From positions 32,001-96,000 of the forward strand of contig CBDANF010000002.1 in the NCBI GenBank assembly GCA_965197475.1: a stretch of 64,000 nucleotides of DNA, given 5' to 3'. Made by a program: the position numbers and the translations under genes. Of the stretch, positions 7,440-16,569 are shown piece after piece (within the stretch, counting starts at the first letter, position 1; every line of letters starts with the position of its first letter). This stretch comes from Candidatus Poribacteria bacterium. Lineage in GTDB: Bacteria; Poribacteria; WGA-4E; WGA-3G. The notes beneath the pieces are model-generated. The model had not been told where the DNA came from. It was given only the letters and a program-made list of their open reading frames with translations, and did not search any database.

Positions 7440-10105
7440 TATTTAATGATGACTAATTTTCTCGTCTGTTTAGATGTTGGCGTGGACAATTCGTAAAAGT
7501 ATAGACCACTTGCGGCAGCTTCCCCAAATTCGTTAGAGCCATCCCAATATGCGGCTTTCCCACGACTGATATAAAACCCTGACGTTTGATGTCCAATGAA
7601 GAGTGTCCGCACAGTCTCACCTGCAGTGTTATATACACGTATGGTAATTTCTGCATCCTCAGCGAGTTGATAAGGAATCCATGTCTCCGGATTAAACGGG
7701 TTAGGATAGTTTGCGAAAAGTTTCGTTTTCAGAGGACCACCAGCAGGCATCAACAGATTCTCTAAAAAACGTTTCACTATTGATATTTGTGTAGCATCAT
7801 CAGACAATTCTTCAATTTTTTCGTAAAATGCATGGAGAAGTGCAATGTAATGATCTGAAAGGGAGTAGATATCGGTGGCTTTAATTTTGGGAATGGGTGT
7901 TTGAGGTGGTGCTGCAGTGCCATTCTGGTTTTCTTCAATACTCTTAATTACCAAAATGACATCTTGAAGATCCACTTTTCCATCTTTATTTGTATCATAC
8001 TTCGAATTTGAAGGGGGGCTTTCTCCAAAATGAGCGACAATTACAAGTAGATCAATAATATCAACTTGTCCATCTAAATTAACATCACCCGTGAGTAACG
8101 TTTGAATTCCATCTTCAACTACACGTAACACTTGGTTCACCTCAACATCCTTTAACTTTTGAACAATACCGCTTGGCCAATTGATAATCAATTCATTGAC
8201 CACCTCATTCTGTCCAAGCCCAAAATGGATACGTTTCTGGTCTTGCTGAGACCAGTGGATCCCTCCGTTACGTTCGCGAAGCTGAGTTTTGCCATCAGGT
8301 GTTGTTGCGAACAATCTCGCACCGATTCCATCTCTATTTGAAACTTTCCCTTCTAAATCTATCTGAAGCCAATTGTTTCCACTCCCTACGTTGCGATAGA
8401 GTTGGTCGGGTCCATTGTTATATGGGTAGACACCTCTACCATTGGTTACAAATAGGTCAAGGTAACCATCTAAGTCGTAGTCCCCCATTGTAACGCTCAT
8501 TCCTCTTCCTTCCGTGTTTGCTTCTGCACCGCCTGCTCCAGCAACTTGAATGAAAGAACCATCACCTTGGTTTTCATACAATTGGTTAGGGAGATTTACA
8601 GCACTATTTGAACGTACTATATAGAGGTCAATATCCATATCGTTGTCGAAATCTCCTGCTGCAACGGAACGTGCCTCAACTGCCTCAGTAAAAGGAATTT
8701 TCTGGAAATAGTTTGGTGGAGTCGTAATACAAAGAACAGAATTTGGTTGGTAAACGAGATCAGAGTAAGAAAAGTTTATAGGTTCTACCTCTACTATTGG
8801 GTTTTTTGATGATATGAGTGCCTCAAACCCTGTCCAAGTTGTGTTAGAAGAAGGCATTGTGTGGTATAACACAGTCCACTGAGTTGAATCTGGGTCATAT
8901 CCTACATAAGTTCGCCATTTCTCGTTTTTTGGACGAGCAGCCAACCCGACAACCCTTGGATCAGTTGGGTCAAGTACAAATGTGAAGGACGAAACATTCC
9001 GCTCCCGATTTGTTTGGATGTATTCTCCATCAAAAGCATTTACATTATGTGCTTCTTTTCCGATTGCTAAGTGGAGAAATTGAGATGCCCAATCGGAATG
9101 AACTTCAAATTTGACTTTTCCATCTGTCTTAAAACTAAAACCTTTCTCACCGACGTTAATTATAACGTGTACCTTTATCCTATAAGGATTAGTTTCAGTC
9201 TCTTGTAAATCGCCTGTGTTTTGTATATTCTCTGCTTCGGAAGTGTCAATGAAGGAGCGATAAACACCACATGCTAGAAACGCATCTGGGAGCAGATCCC
9301 CATTGAAATCGGCAAACGTAGCATCCTGTACATTATAAATATTAGGAAAATTAAGTGTTTCTGTTATTTCATTAAAGGGTGAAATAGATGTATCATATAC
9401 GCGTTCAGGATATGAACTTTTACCTATAAAGAGTTCCATATTTCCATCGTTGGTGACATCAGCAAGTTGTGCTAACGCAGCACCTTTTTCAATATGAAAA
9501 AACAATTGTTCATTTACAATCTCAAATCCTCCGTTAGTTTGTGCAAATATTGATGGGGTTACGGGGGTACCTGTTTTGTCATTTTGACTTATCCCAGTGA
9601 TAAGGAGATCCAGTTGTCCATCACCGTTCCAATCAAACCATAGAGGTGATCTTCCTCGAAGAAGCGGCATGTCAATACCAAATGCAGATGCACGCTCAAT
9701 TAGTTTACCATTTTCATTGACATAAAAATGATTAAAATGTGTTATGTTTGAACGGTTAACTCCGCCACCTCCCCCACACAAGACAATCAAATCTTGGTCA
9801 CCGTCATTATCAAAATCTGCCCATGCAACGCCATGTGTGTCCGCAAACGGAAATGCATTCCATACCTCGTCAATAATATCCGTAAATGTACCATCCTGAT
9901 TGTTACGATAGAGACTTGGTTTGTGTTTATGGTTCGTTGCCCATAAATCCAGATATCCATCTCCATCAAAATCCCCCCATGCGTTTCCCCAACTTTCACC
10001 GATGCGCGTGATTCCTGCTTGATGTGAAACATCTTCAAATTGAATTTCACTCCACGCAGTAGGGAGCAGCCAAAAAACAAACAACGACAAAATTAAAATT
10101 CGCAT
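7439..10105 (-). CDS. Secreted FG-GAP/VCBS-repeat, ASPIC/UnbV (CRTAC1-like) protein with dockerin and C-terminal FlgD-Ig-like domain
   Basis: Signal peptide; DFDGDGYLDL-type repeats; NRDGIGA...IHFGLG...WPSG (ASPIC/UnbV); GDVNLDGQVDIIDL dockerin; NYPNPFNPETWIPY tail. Confidence 0.85.
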   Translation of the reverse strand: MRILILSLFVFWLLPTAWSEIQFEDVSHQAGITRIGESWGNAWGDFDGDGYLDLWATNHKHKPSLYRNNQDGTFTDIIDEVWNAFPFADTHGVAWADFDNDGDQDLIVLCGGGGGVNRSNITHFNHFYVNENGKLIERASAFGIDMPLLRGRSPLWFDWNGDGQLDLLITGISQNDKTGTPVTPSIFAQTNGGFEIVNEQLFFHIEKGAALAQLADVTNDGNMELFIGKSSYPERVYDTSISPFNEITETLNFPNIYNVQDATFADFNGDLLPDAFLACGVYRSFIDTSEAENIQNTGDLQETETNPYRIKVHVIINVGEKGFSFKTDGKVKFEVHSDWASQFLHLAIGKEAHNVNAFDGEYIQTNRERNVSSFTFVLDPTDPRVVGLAARPKNEKWRTYVGYDPDSTQWTVLYHTMPSSNTTWTGFEALISSKNPIVEVEPINFSYSDLVYQPNSVLCITTPPNYFQKIPFTEAVEARSVAAGDFDNDMDIDLYIVRSNSAVNLPNQLYENQGDGSFIQVAGAGGAEANTEGRGMSVTMGDYDLDGYLDLFVTNGRGVYPYNNGPDQLYRNVGSGNNWLQIDLEGKVSNRDGIGARLFATTPDGKTQLRERNGGIHWSQQDQKRIHFGLGQNEVVNELIINWPSGIVQKLKDVEVNQVLRVVEDGIQTLLTGDVNLDGQVDIIDLLVIVAHFGESPPSNSKYDTNKDGKVDLQDVILVIKSIEENQNGTAAPPQTPIPKIKATDIYSLSDHYIALLHAFYEKIEELSDDATQISIVKRFLENLLMPAGGPLKTKLFANYPNPFNPETWIPYQLAEDAEITIRVYNTAGETVRTLFIGHQTSGFYISRGKAAYWDGSNEFGEAAASGLYFYELSTPTSKQTRKLVIIK

Positions 10106-10235
10106 TTTCCCTCCTGTTATACCTGTCTAAAAACCGTTTACAAGCATCAAAACTATTGATCTTCTACAAGAACATTTCAACTGAACAAACCTTGAGACAC
10201 GGAAAATCCAAACTTAATGGATTAAGTGATTGGTA

Positions 10236-12383
10236 TTATTTTCGGATGAACATCTTGCGGGTAGCCGTAAAATCACCTGCAGTAAGCGTATAGAAATAGA
10301 TTCCACTTGCTACAGACTCACCGAACTCATTCCGACCATTCCAATATGCTGATCGGGATTTGTTATGATATATGCCTGCAGGCAATTGACCCAACTTCAG
10401 CGTCCTTATAAGCTTCCCATCCGCAGAATGAATTGAGATGCTAACCTTTGCAGGTTTTGCCAATTGATACGGTATCCACGTCTCAGGATTGAACGGATTT
10501 GGATAGTTTGGGAGTAGTGCTGTCGTTTCAGGCAATGACTCAACACCACTCAGGAGTGCTAAGAGTTGTTCTAAGATCGCAATGCCGTTTAGGAGACGCG
10601 ACTCTTTGACATCAAGCTGCTTGGCGAGTCGAATCCACTGCGCGAGGTTTTCAGTAGTAAGATTAAATGTTTCAATTTGACTTTTGCTGAGTGCTGGAGC
10701 TGCAGATTCTGACCCTATCGCCGAAGCAGCAATGAGAAGGTCGATCAAATCCACATCGCCATCGCCGTTGACATCTGGATAGATGTTTGACTGGGCAAGT
10801 GCCTCCAAGTCCGGATCGTGAAAGTTTGATGCAATTAAGACGAGATCGGTTATATTTACAAGACCGTCGTGGTTTACGTCTGCAATGTTGAAAGATAGTT
10901 CTATCACCAAGTTCGGAGGAGGTTCCGTTTGATCGCTGGAATCAAATTCCATTAGATTCTCTATCAATCCGTTGATCGGTGAGAAATCTAATATGTGGTT
11001 ATCACTAAGATCGAGAATTGTCAGATTAACCAATTTTTTTAAGGGAGACACATCTGTGATCAAGTTGTCGTGGAGATCTAATTCTGTCAGATTTATTAAA
11101 TCCATGAGTGGGGACACATCCGAAATTTTGTTGCCATCAAGATCCAACACTGTTAATTTTGTTAAATATTTGAGAGAAGATACATCAAATATTTGGTTGT
11201 CATCAAGATCTAATGCTGTCAGATTTGTCAGGTCTTTAAGTGAAGACACATCAAATACTTGGTTGTCATGAATATCTAACAATGTCAAACTTGTTAAGTT
11301 TTTGAGTGGGGATGTATCTGATACCATGTTTTCATCAAGATCCAATTCTCTCAGGCGCGTCAAACCCATAAGCGGAGATACGTCTGAGATTTTGTTGCCA
11401 TCAAGATCAAGGAATACCAGATATCTTAAATACTTTAGCGGAGACAGATCCGATATTTGGTTGTCGTCAAAGTCCAGTTTCCTCAGTTCAGTTAAATGCT
11501 TTAGCGGAGATGCATCCGATATCTGGTTGCCGTGAGCGTCCAGTATTATCAGTTTTTTCATATTTATCAGAGGGGTTAGATTCGATATCTGGTTACTGTC
11601 AATATCCAGGTTATCAAGGTCTGTCATAGCACTCAATGGAGAAATATCTAATATCGCATTATCGGAGGCATCTAAATGTAATAGTTTGGTCATATCTTTG
11701 AGGGCCAGAACATCTGAAACCAGGTTGCTATCGAAATCCAGGTATGTCAGATTTATCAATTTTTTTAATGGTGACAGATCCGAGACTATATTAGATTCAA
11801 CATCAAGGAATGTCAAGTTTGTCAAATTGCTAATCGGGGATAAATCTGATAGTCTATGGTTGTAGCCGACATGTAGATATATCAAGTTTGTCAAACTACT
11901 TAGCGGGGACAAATTCGCTATCTGGTTACCCCTAAGAGAAAGCCATATCAGATTTGTTAAATCTTTGAGTGGAGACAAATCGATGATTCTCTGGTTGCGA
12001 TGAAGATCTAACACTAGCAGACTTGTCAAATTTTTGAGTGGGGACAAATCTGAGACTCGGTTGATCCCAAGATGCAGCCCAGTAAGATTAACAGCAAACT
12101 CAAGTCCGGTTAGGTTGCGAATGCCGGATTCAAATGCATCAAGCGATTCTAAACTTGCCATTTCTGCTTGAGTAATGTCGTCACCAGATTGTTTACCTAA
12201 TGCCGATTCAAGAGCAGCGCGGAGAGCTGGGTCAGGAATGTGGACGGTCTGTGCAGATGTTACCTGAGGAGATGCCAAAAAGAGGACACATGTGATGAGA
12301 ATCAGACTGATACCGTGAGTGGGTATAAGCATTTGTCTAACACGAGGTGAAAACGCTGATTTGGAAAATGTGAAAAGTTTCAA
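10236..12383 (-). CDS. Secreted internalin-like leucine-rich-repeat protein with dockerin and FlgD-Ig-like C-terminal domain
   Basis: IPDPALRAAL cap; about 17 22-aa LRRs (LxxLDLxxNxISDxSPL); ADVNHDGLVNITDL and PDVNGDGDVDLIDL dockerin; NYPNPFNPETWIPY tail. Confidence 0.9.
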   Translation of the reverse strand: MKLFTFSKSAFSPRVRQMLIPTHGISLILITCVLFLASPQVTSAQTVHIPDPALRAALESALGKQSGDDITQAEMASLESLDAFESGIRNLTGLEFAVNLTGLHLGINRVSDLSPLKNLTSLLVLDLHRNQRIIDLSPLKDLTNLIWLSLRGNQIANLSPLSSLTNLIYLHVGYNHRLSDLSPISNLTNLTFLDVESNIVSDLSPLKKLINLTYLDFDSNLVSDVLALKDMTKLLHLDASDNAILDISPLSAMTDLDNLDIDSNQISNLTPLINMKKLIILDAHGNQISDASPLKHLTELRKLDFDDNQISDLSPLKYLRYLVFLDLDGNKISDVSPLMGLTRLRELDLDENMVSDTSPLKNLTSLTLLDIHDNQVFDVSSLKDLTNLTALDLDDNQIFDVSSLKYLTKLTVLDLDGNKISDVSPLMDLINLTELDLHDNLITDVSPLKKLVNLTILDLSDNHILDFSPINGLIENLMEFDSSDQTEPPPNLVIELSFNIADVNHDGLVNITDLVLIASNFHDPDLEALAQSNIYPDVNGDGDVDLIDLLIAASAIGSESAAPALSKSQIETFNLTTENLAQWIRLAKQLDVKESRLLNGIAILEQLLALLSGVESLPETTALLPNYPNPFNPETWIPYQLAKPAKVSISIHSADGKLIRTLKLGQLPAGIYHNKSRSAYWNGRNEFGESVASGIYFYTLTAGDFTATRKMFIRK

Positions 12384-12564
12384 AATATTTTATACTCCTA
12401 AAAAACAGATGTAGAGACTACGAAGCTTATTTCAGAAGGCTGGAAGGATAGATGTTATCTACCAATTTTCCAGCCTCCTTCTGTTATGGCGGAATTGAAT
12501 CTTTTAGAAGATAACTCTCAATCCGAAGACTCTACTGAAGTATACTTAAGGTTTAACGTGGATC

Positions 12565-13170
12565 CTATTCTACCTTATTTTCTGCCCCAGGCGTTGCCAC
12601 AACAACTTGGAAATCCCCAGTCCCATTTGGAAAACGGCCAAAGGCAACATCGTCCTCCTGTTCTCCGAATGTAACGGTGTCAAGAACAGTATTTCCCCGT
12701 GCGTCTGTATCAACGAGCATGACCGTTTCACCACCTTTGGACAGTTTGAAGTTAGCATGCAGTCCTTCTGTAGCATCTTCGTCATCATGATCTTCATCTA
12801 ACCACACAATCAAATACCCATTCGCTGGAATTTCGGTGCCTTCAGGAAATTGCCATTTTGTGGGGTTGTCCTCTTTGTCTGAGAGATACATTCCTGTTAG
12901 CAGTACTGGGCCATCAGTGCGGTTGTATAACTCAAGCCAGTCGTCATAATCCCCTTGCGGGTCTGCGTAACTTTCTGAGTTACCCGCCATAAATTCATTA
13001 ATTACGACAGAAGATCCATCCAACATCTCCATCATTTTGTCGGGATCCATCATTTTTACCGGATCCATGGGATCCGGTAGAACAGGTTTCATTATTTGTG
13101 GTGCTTTCTCACACGATACAATTACAACACAACCAAGCAGCATCATAATTATTGTTAACTGAAATTTCAC
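12565..13170 (-). CDS. Lamin-tail-domain lipoprotein
   Basis: Lipobox IVSC; VVINEFMA...DWLELYN...GMYLSD...W.FP.GT.IPANGYL...FKLS..GE...TPG..N. Confidence 0.85.
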   Translation of the reverse strand: MKFQLTIIMMLLGCVVIVSCEKAPQIMKPVLPDPMDPVKMMDPDKMMEMLDGSSVVINEFMAGNSESYADPQGDYDDWLELYNRTDGPVLLTGMYLSDKEDNPTKWQFPEGTEIPANGYLIVWLDEDHDDEDATEGLHANFKLSKGGETVMLVDTDARGNTVLDTVTFGEQEDDVAFGRFPNGTGDFQVVVATPGAENKVE

Positions 13171-13319
13171 CCTGTTAATCCTCCTATACTTTTGAGGGTA
13201 TGAATTGATTAATGAGATTACAGCATTCAGTGCTATTTGGGCACGGATGCCTGCAAAAAATTCAAAACTATTTTAGCACATCATGGCTATTAAAAAAACA
13301 ATATTTTACATTTTAACTA

Positions 13320-14522
13320 TTACAAAAACTTTTCATAAATGTTAATTACCTTTTGATAGTGAATATCTGCGTTAAATTCGGTTTCCATTTTGCGGCGTCC
13401 TGCTTTCCCCATCTCAGCAGCCTCAGTTTTATGCTTGGACATCCATAGTAGACGGTCGCGTAGTGGTTCATGTTCTCCAGATGGAACGAGAAACCCATCG
13501 ACTTTGTCCACGATGAGTTCAGGAATACCGCCAATATCCGCGCCGATTACCGGTTTTCCGTAAGCATAAGATTCTAAAACGGACATAGGACAGTTTTCAT
13601 ACCATTCTGATGGCAAAACAGTACAGATGCTGTTCAAGATCAGTTCTTGAAGTTCTTCACCCCGTTTAAAACCCAATAGATGGATATGTTCGCACCCGTT
13701 TTGTTCGATGATTTGCTTCACTTCAGGCATCGCTTCACCATCACCAACTATATATAATGGAACTTGTTTGAGCGGTGCTGCCGCTTCAATAAGCGTAAAA
13801 ATACCTTTACTCTTATGCACCCTCCCGAAATAAAGGACATATTCACCGACAGAGAAATTAGGCGTAAAATTTGAAACATCTGTAAAGTTATGAACCGTTG
13901 AAATCTTATCTTCAGGCATCCCGTATTGTATCATCTTTTTCCGGAGAAAATGTGAGACAGAGATAAAGTGGTCAAACTTATCAACGGAACCAAGGGAACG
14001 TGATACATAAGATTCAGCAACACTCAGGGCAGTGCGTGCCAGTGAGTTTCTATTACACTTTTTCGGAAGGGCACGCCAGAAGTGTTTGCCTGCACATGCC
14101 TCGCAAATCTCATCGTTTGAGAGATGACTATACACGGGACACGTTATTTTATATTCGTGTAATGTCTGAATAAGCGGTATACCTGCTTTTTTTAAGCCTC
14201 CCAAAATTGATGCAGTTAACTTGCCATAGTAGATATGGAAGTGGGCAATATCCACATTTGTATTTTTCAACAGTCGTTGAATTGATTCAGCAGCATTGCG
14301 TGAATAAATAAAACGTAGTAGGTCAATTGGTCCCGGCTTTTCAAAATCGGCTGCGCGAGGAAAATACTGATCCCATTCCGACGGTTCATTTTTTGGGTTT
14401 GCAGCAGTGAACGGAATTACATTGTGACCATGTTTCTGTAATATCTCCGCCATGGTGAAAAAATATCGGTCAGATCCGCCGCGAACATAGTGGTTCTGGG
14501 AAACATTCAGAATCGTCAACAT
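13320..14522 (-). CDS. GT4-family glycosyltransferase
   Basis: YFGRVHKSKG and PSEWYENCPMSVLESYAYGKPVIG (EX7E motif). Confidence 0.9.
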   Translation of the reverse strand: MLTILNVSQNHYVRGGSDRYFFTMAEILQKHGHNVIPFTAANPKNEPSEWDQYFPRAADFEKPGPIDLLRFIYSRNAAESIQRLLKNTNVDIAHFHIYYGKLTASILGGLKKAGIPLIQTLHEYKITCPVYSHLSNDEICEACAGKHFWRALPKKCNRNSLARTALSVAESYVSRSLGSVDKFDHFISVSHFLRKKMIQYGMPEDKISTVHNFTDVSNFTPNFSVGEYVLYFGRVHKSKGIFTLIEAAAPLKQVPLYIVGDGEAMPEVKQIIEQNGCEHIHLLGFKRGEELQELILNSICTVLPSEWYENCPMSVLESYAYGKPVIGADIGGIPELIVDKVDGFLVPSGEHEPLRDRLLWMSKHKTEAAEMGKAGRRKMETEFNADIHYQKVINIYEKFL

Positions 14523-14527
14523 AATTT

Positions 14528-15430
14528 TTACTCCCGCGGTCCGGCATCCGTAAACCGTTTATCAGCAATCGGTTCATAGTAGACGGTGCCTAAAGGTTTA
14601 GTAATAATGTTTGTGTCCCCAGAATCCAGAATTATATTCTCAATTTCATCAATTAAGACAGTTCCCCACCAATTGTGGGATATTTCAAGATCGAATTTGA
14701 CCTGTAACCTAAGTGCATAATCATTGTTTTCAAGGTTATTGTACTTTATGAAAGACTGAACGTTCTCACAGACAATTCCAGAATCATTATCTGAAATGTT
14801 ATTTTTCTCAATTTGCGGGCGAGTTTGTCGACCGATGGTATAAATACCGATGTCGTTTTCATGAATTGCATTATGCTGGATTATAGAATTACTCCCATCT
14901 AAAGCAATTGCGGTTTCATTATAGCGAAGTTTAGAATCAATGACACTTGGAGACGCTGTTTTCATGTCAAGTGCAACCGTAGCGTATTCTATAACAACTC
15001 CCCTGAGAAAACTTTGAGAATCATGTGTGTGGTCAAATAGGATTCCTTTCCAATCACCAGATTCTGGATTGGCATTATTTGAGGTTAAATAGACCGGCTC
15101 TTCTAACGTTCCTTGTGATAACGGAGTTCCGATCTTCAGCATTGCTCTTAGTCCGCTAACCTTAATTTGCGCATTTCTATTGAATTTAACGACCGTTCCG
15201 GGCAATATCTCAAGCAAGACATCAGATGGAATCTCCAATGTTCCGTGTATAATATAGGTTTTTTCTGAATCCCATGTTTCGTCCTCTGAAAGTAGATAGT
15301 CTCGTAGTACTACTTCAGAAGCTTTTTGGGGTTTGTCAATAACTGATGTAGAATCTTGGCATCCACAAACCACAAATATGAAACCAAGAAGAAGTATACA
15401 ATAAGATAATTGAAAACGTTCCATCAACAC
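14528..15430 (-). CDS. Right-handed beta-helix (pectin-lyase/NosD-like) lipoprotein
   Basis: Lipobox VCGC; L.I.PGT.VKF, P..GDWKGI, parallel beta-helix Asn repeats, NWWG. Confidence 0.75.
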   Translation of the reverse strand: MLMERFQLSYCILLLGFIFVVCGCQDSTSVIDKPQKASEVVLRDYLLSEDETWDSEKTYIIHGTLEIPSDVLLEILPGTVVKFNRNAQIKVSGLRAMLKIGTPLSQGTLEEPVYLTSNNANPESGDWKGILFDHTHDSQSFLRGVVIEYATVALDMKTASPSVIDSKLRYNETAIALDGSNSIIQHNAIHENDIGIYTIGRQTRPQIEKNNISDNDSGIVCENVQSFIKYNNLENNDYALRLQVKFDLEISHNWWGTVLIDEIENIILDSGDTNIITKPLGTVYYEPIADKRFTDAGPRE

Positions 15431-15582
15431 TTGCGACCTTCTTTGTTATTTTCAAAAATTATTTCAAAATAAAAACCCTGAGTATCATTTGAAAATTTGA
15501 GGGTATTGGTTAAATAATGATGCGGTAATTAGTGGGTACCCTCTGAACCACTCTGCATCACATTTCAATTAGAGTAGAGTTA

Positions 15583-15669
15583 ATGATAACACTTATGACA
15601 AAAATTGTCAATCAAAATCAAACTAATAAACTGATTTTGATTGACAGATGTATCTAAAACCTATATCCT
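15583..15669. promoter_or_regulatory. Back-to-back sigma70 promoters in IS1 built on a 15-bp palindrome
   Basis: TGTCAATCAAAATCA(15606-20)/TGATTTTGATTGACA(15632-46). Minus strand TTGACA-17-TATCAT reads outward; plus strand TTGACA-17-TATCCT reads into the transposase. Confidence 0.6.
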
Positions 15670-15705
15670 TATTGAAAACAAACTCGCTGCTCTATAGAGG
15701 ACACC

Positions 15706-16434
15706 ATGAAGAATTGCCCAAGATGTCAACACACTCACTTCGTCAAAAACGGGTTCGTCAAAACTAAACAACGCTATAAATGCAAAAACTGCGGTTATCA
15801 ATGGACGCGCACAACACCCCGGGGGAAACCACAAGCACAGAAAACTCTCGCCGTTCTCTTATATTGCCACGGCATCTCAATGAATGCTATCTCAAAACTT
15901 GTCGGATGCCACGTAACAACTGTGCTTCAATGGATACGCACCTTTGCTAAAAAACAGGCACCGAAACAAACACTCACACCCGGCACCACCGCCTGCTTGG
16001 AACTTGATGAGATGTGGCACTATATTGGGAACAAGAAAAACAAACTCTGGATATGGAAGGCACTTGACAGAAACACAGGATACCTCATTGACTGGGAATG
16101 TGGTGGGCGTGATAAACAAACCCTTGAAAAACTCACGGCAAGGCTCTCAACCCTCAATGCTAAGATATATTACACAGACAAATGGCAGGTCTATGAGTCG
16201 GTCCTACCTGCCGTAAAACATGTTCAGGATAAAGCGGAGACGCATCGCATTGAACGCAACAATGGTCGGATGCGCCACTGGTTCGGACGCTTCAAGCGCA
16301 AGTCCATTATTGTTTCCAAAAGCATAGAAATGGTGGATTTGACGATTGCTTTGTTCGCACGATTTCGTGTCAATGGCAACGTGTTTGACATTTTAAAACT
16401 CGACGGAATAGAAAACATGAATATCATTATTTAA
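15706..16434 (+). CDS. IS1-family transposase (InsA Zn-finger/HTH fused in frame to InsB DDE domain)
   Basis: CPRC...KNG...QRYKCKNC, ELDEMW, YTDKW..Y, IERNN...R.KRKS...SKS. Confidence 0.92.
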   Translation: MKNCPRCQHTHFVKNGFVKTKQRYKCKNCGYQWTRTTPRGKPQAQKTLAVLLYCHGISMNAISKLVGCHVTTVLQWIRTFAKKQAPKQTLTPGTTACLELDEMWHYIGNKKNKLWIWKALDRNTGYLIDWECGGRDKQTLEKLTARLSTLNAKIYYTDKWQVYESVLPAVKHVQDKAETHRIERNNGRMRHWFGRFKRKSIIVSKSIEMVDLTIALFARFRVNGNVFDILKLDGIENMNIII

Positions 16435-16569
16435 CCAATACTCTCGAAAATTTTAGTAGTAATTCAGATAGATTTTCTTTAAAAATTAGAGAAGAAGTTG
16501 AACGCTTTAGAACATCTCAGCATTTGCGAGTTTCAAGAACTACAATATGAAACAATTTTTGAAAATACA

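Larger units (their letters stand above)
15499..16445 (+). mobile_element. IS1-family insertion sequence, apparently intact
   Basis: 23-bp TIRs GAGGGTATTGGTTAAATAATGAT (15499-15521) and ATCATTATTTAACCAATACTCTC (16423-16445), 22/23 identical; 8-bp TSD GAAAATTT (15491-98 and 16446-53). Confidence 0.93.

Noticed and set aside
5426-7449. Target-site duplication for the DUF1670 element
   Set aside because: Flanks ATAGTTT and TATTTAA share at most a single T at the junction, so no TSD can be claimed.
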